The notes below the pieces were generated by a model, which was not told the origin of the DNA, searched no databases, and was given only the letters and a program-made list of their open reading frames with translations. From NCBI RefSeq assembly GCF_009914755.1, contig NC_060926.1: a stretch of DNA of 64,000 nt. The stretch is one strand, 5' to 3'. The translations under genes and the position numbers were made by a program. Positions 59,786 to 64,000 of this stretch are shown piece by piece (within the stretch, counting starts at the first letter, position 1; the number at the start of each line of letters is the position of its first letter). The stretch comes from the human T2T-CHM13v2.0 reference genome, Homo sapiens.

Positions 59786-61779
59786 TTTTACACAATAATT
59801 CTATAAATTTTTTAATGACATTCAAAAGAAACACGTTTTTGCAATTATTCTGAAGAGCCAAAATAATTGTTAGCAAATATGGTTAAGTTTAAATTTGTAA
59901 AGTTAAAGCTTTTCTTCTACTTTAGCTTCAGATTAATATTCAAGAAGACAGTGCCCATTTCATTATTTCACAGAGCAAAGGCAGTAGTTTTACTAGTATG
60001 TCCAACATTAATACTGTCTCAAAATATCTGAGAAGTATGACCACATGTGGTAAGAAGATTAAGGTGTTTTCCGGCAACTTCCCTAAAAGCAGAACTCTTG
60101 ATGGCAGAAAACAAAAAGTTTTCCGTGGGGAGCCACGGGGGCTGCCTTCTGTCCTATCAATCCACAAATTCTCGAATTACAAATCTGCTGTTGTTTTCTG
60201 ACACATCTGCTTTGCAATGTAAAATAGTGTTTTTTTTTAATAAGAATTCTTCAAAAAGCCCTTAGGCGCCTCGCCTTTGTTTGCACAGCCTGGGAGTTTT
60301 CATTTAAAGTTTTCACACTGTTTTTAAAATTCCCTATTTCTGTTTCTAAATTAGTTAGGCAAAGTCCACAAACCTCTGTTTTGGGTTCTCATTTCAGCTA
60401 CATAGAAATGATGAAGAGAAATGTGCAGAGAAATTTGTAAGGTTTTGATAAATGAGATTACCCCAAATGACCAACATCCTTTTTCCCTCTTCAATGTCAA
60501 AAATGTAGGAAGTAGGAAAGCAGAAATGCTCTTTATATAATCCCTATTCCAGGGATGTAAAATCTACTACAAATTGAGGAAATTCACAGGAAAAACCCAC
60601 TGTTGTTTACTCTGTGGCAACTCTGACAATCCAATGTGGTGGGAAATAGGAACAGACAGTGAAATGATCGTGAAAATATATGAAATTCTGTTGTAGTGAT
60701 CATAGCAAGGTTGACATTGGATATACTCTGTGACAACTAAGTTGGACCTGAAACCCAGATAAAGTATATATTTCTGAATCTAAAGTATATTTGCTTTAAT
60801 TTACTCAAAATCTAAACTTAAACTCCTAAGGATATAGCATCCATTCATCTCCTCATTAAAAAATAAACAAGTGGGTGTTTTTTTAAGATCTCCACAGGAA
60901 ACATAAACATTTGATCTTTTTATATTAATTATATGCAACCATAATGAAAAAAATTTTAACTTTTTCCATAATGGGACAGAGAAAGCAGACAATTGATAAA
61001 TATATACAAATATCAGCCTGACAACCTGAGCATTTGTCTCGCTTCACGTTTAATCCAGCTGAATATGATTTGAAGAAGATGATACCCATTTTGATACACT
61101 CTATTCATGACTCCCTCATGGAATTCCTTGGGAGGAGTTGGTCTTTTTCAAGGATGAGAAATGCTACTTTGTAATTTGCTGTAAGTCTATAACACATTCT
61201 TATATGATCCAATTTGTTGGAAGTGAAGACAATCTACTGACATGAAAATCATGGATACTCCTTCAGTAGAGAATCTTGTAGGGGGACAGACGGAAGAAGT
61301 TGGATGCTGCGCAGATGCAGCCTGCTCCATCCTTAACATCTAATGTGATGGGCTGGGCACTGCCCTATAAGACATGTTTCATGCTATAAGCTAAGTTGTG
61401 AGGCAAGAGAGTTTGTATAAATGAGACATAACTTCAGAAATAAAATTAAAAAAAAGATGTTTTCTTACACATGAAATCACAGCCTGAGCCCACAGCTGTT
61501 TCTTTGAAGTATTCCTCCTATTCTGCTTCTTTAGGACCATTTTCATTTTTTCTATCAAAATTCTTTCTTAAAATTTCTCATTCCTGTTGATGTATCTTCT
61601 TTTTCAGAACTTCAACCTTTTAAAAATATGCTTTCAAAAGCCTTGAGCGCTTTCTCTTATAATGTTACCATGACATACTCACTTTCATTCAAATTTTCTG
61701 TCAGTTCATTTTTATAAATCATTTGTTCTTTACTGGTCAAAGTCAAGTACTAGAGACCAGAGTTTCTCTTTGTGAGACA

Positions 61780-62030
61780 GGTAGTTACAACAAAATTGTT
61801 AAGAGTTTGGGTTCTAAAACAGTATTAAAAAGTATCTGGTTTCCAGGTATACCTTTACTATCTATATGTGTGATCACTGGCAAAAAGTTACTTACGTTTT
61901 CTATGCCTGAGTTTCTTCAACAAGAAATGTCTTTCAGAGTTGTAAAGATATTAAATGATAAGATATGTATGATAAATGCATTTAGTACAATACAGAGCAT
62001 AGAGTAATAATCAATAAGGGTTAGTTGTTA
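61780..62030 (+). mobile_element. MIR SINE
   Basis: gtgtgatcactggcaaaaagttacttacgttttctatgcctgagtttcttca...atttagtacaatacagagcatagagtaataatcaataa. Confidence 0.75.
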
Positions 62031-62079
62031 TGGCTAGTTCTACCATCTAAAGATGACACTGTCAGAAAGCAAGATGTGA

Positions 62080-62363
62080 GGCCAGGCAAGGTGGCTCATG
62101 GTTGTAAACCCAGCACTTTGGGAGGTCAAGGTGGGCAGACTGCTTGAGCCCAGGAGTTGGAAACCAGCCTGGGCAACATGGTGAAACGCCATCTCTACAA
62201 AAAAATTAAAAAATTAGCTGGATGTGGAGATACCCACCTGCAGTCCCAGCTATCAGTAGGGTAAGATGGGAGAGTCACTTGAGCCCAGGAGGTCAAGGAT
62301 GAAATGGGTCATGATCACATCATTGCACTCCAGCCTGGGCGACAGAGAGAGACCCTGTCAAAA
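62080..62363 (+). mobile_element. AluJ, full length
   Basis: tgcttgagcccaggagttgg and cacttgagcccaggaggtcaagg AluJ diagnostics; TSD gaaagcaagatgtga (62065) / gaaaggaagatgtaa (62550). Confidence 0.93.
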
Positions 62364-62559
62364 GAGGGGAGGGGAGGGGAGCGGAGGGGAGGGAACAGAG
62401 AAAAGGAAAAGGAAAAGGAAAAGGAAAAGGAAAAGGAAAGGAAAGGAAAGGAAAGGAAAGGAAAGGAAAGGAAAGGAAAGGAAAAGAAAGGAAAGGAGAA
62501 AGGAGGAAGGAGAAAGGAGAAAAGAGAAAAGAGAAAGGAAAAGAGACGGGAAAGGAAGA
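62360..62559. repeat. Polypurine compound microsatellite: (GGGGA)n, (AAAAGG)6, (AAAGG)9, GA-rich
   Basis: Direct reading; occupies the Alu tail position. Confidence 0.95.
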
Positions 62560-63639
62560 TGTAATTCTTCAGATGTTTGGATTTCATAAGACTGAGACTT
62601 GCAGAAAGGTCTGGATATTTAAAATTTCCCTACTTCTGCTAGGCCTTGCCTTTATGACAATTACATGACCTAAAGTATGAAAATATTGGCTTCCTTTAGC
62701 ATCTAGTTTAGTAGGTTGCAAGATTACTCCCTTTTTTCTCTGCCTCTCCATCACATACTCAGCACCATGGAGTTCCACGGGAAATCTGTCTTCTTGAAAC
62801 ACACTGCAAAATTGCTTGACTTTTCAATCTAATCTATATCCTTTAACACAAAATAGTCTTTTGCAATACATTCCAGTAGTAATTCTCATCTCACCAAGTC
62901 TCAGGATCATATTTATCTTCTGGTATTAATATTACAAAATCTGTTTTGTTGACCACCAATCATCTTGCAGGCCTGGAAGCCTTCAGTATGGAAGGAGCCA
63001 GTGTTTGCAACCCAGCAGAAATGGGAAATTTGGTCAATGGCAAAGCTGTAATCAGGGAGATTTTAAAAAGATAGCTTAATAACATGTCTCCTGGTCACTG
63101 AAAACTGAAGGATATTACAACTGCACAAGAAAGGCTTTAGATGTTTATTGTCTTCCTTTAGGGGAACACAGCTCATGCACATCTTAAAGTAAGGTATAAT
63201 GTTTAATTCCATTTGCTGTCATTTATAACTTCTGCCAAAAGTGGATTATGCATTTTCCTACATTCTTAAAATGAAACTTACTGATTACCATTTAATCTCT
63301 CTTAATAAATCACAGTCATCCTTTTGATGTACAAGCTGTACAATCATGGAGAAATGTCTGCAGGGGTTATTTGATGTGCAGAGTTGCCTGCCCTGCCATA
63401 GAATGGCTCCAGGCTGCTATGTTTCTTTTTTTTTTAACTTCCCATATATTTTTTTCAAAATGGTTTATCTCTCTCCTCCCCTGTTGTCAAGCTGTCAGTC
63501 AGCTGTCACTTTTTACTGCTGTCAGTGAGACTGCCTTTATCACACCCCCAATTTGATGCTGCTAATCTGCTGTCAGCTGAAAAATCAGATAATCAAGACT
63601 TCCGAAATTGCATTTACAATAAGTGGTGGGCTGAACACT

Positions 63640-63752
63640 GGATGAAGATTTTGAGATACCAGTTCTAGTTCCTGCTCTGCCTATATCTAGCTGTGTGATT
63701 ACCAGAAGACATATAACTTCTCTGGGCCTTGGCGCCTTTATCCATAAAATAA
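63640..63752 (+). mobile_element. MIR SINE fragment
   Basis: gttctagttcctgctctgcc...tagctgtgtgatt...taacttctctgggccttgg...tttatccataaaat. Confidence 0.7.
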
Positions 63753-64000
63753 GAAGAGGAGAGAGAGAAAGAGAGAGAGAGAGTACATGCGCGTCAGAGA
63801 CAGACAGAGAGAGATCTCATCCAGACCTGAATCCTAAGTTTCTTTGGCTATGACAATACACATGAAACTTTTTTGTGACTTAATAGAATGCAGGGTGGAT
63901 GCCACTGACCTTTTAATGGTCAAATTCAAGGACGCTTTTTAGTCATCACTTTACTTAACCTCGCTGCTGTGAATTCACTAATGATTATCTCCTTAGAACT

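Overview
This is AT-rich, repeat-dense primate genomic DNA, almost certainly human or ape (Alu J/S/Y, L1PA, THE1). I found no protein-coding exon I can recognise, no RNA gene, no CpG island and no CRISPR array. The longer ORFs in the track come from L1, Alu or simple repeats, and I recognise none of the rest as genes. The main structures are: (1) a full-length but inactivated L1PA4/5-type LINE-1 (about 30130-36570) inserted into the A-tail of an AluS and itself interrupted by an AluY, with all three target-site duplications (TSDs) readable; (2) an old L1MD/ME-type element (about 13050-18555) containing a younger L1MA-type copy joined in homologous register; (3) twelve Alu/FLAM copies, MaLR/ERVL solo LTRs, MER5/MER58/MER6 DNA-transposon fossils and MIR/L2/L3 fragments. 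All clearly identified L1s lie on the + strand and the best splice-site-like motifs lie on the - strand, which suggests an intron of a long minus-strand gene that I cannot name. I see no convincing new biological system. The best leads are small: a 108-bp local templated duplication overlapping a recursive-splice-like site, the in-register L1 chimera, an Alu tail expanded into (AAAGG)n, a close inverted AluY pair, a perfect 28-bp palindrome and a 500-bp TA repeat. Subfamily names are from remembered consensus sequences and need RepeatMasker/Dfam confirmation. Boundaries of ancient repeats are approximate.
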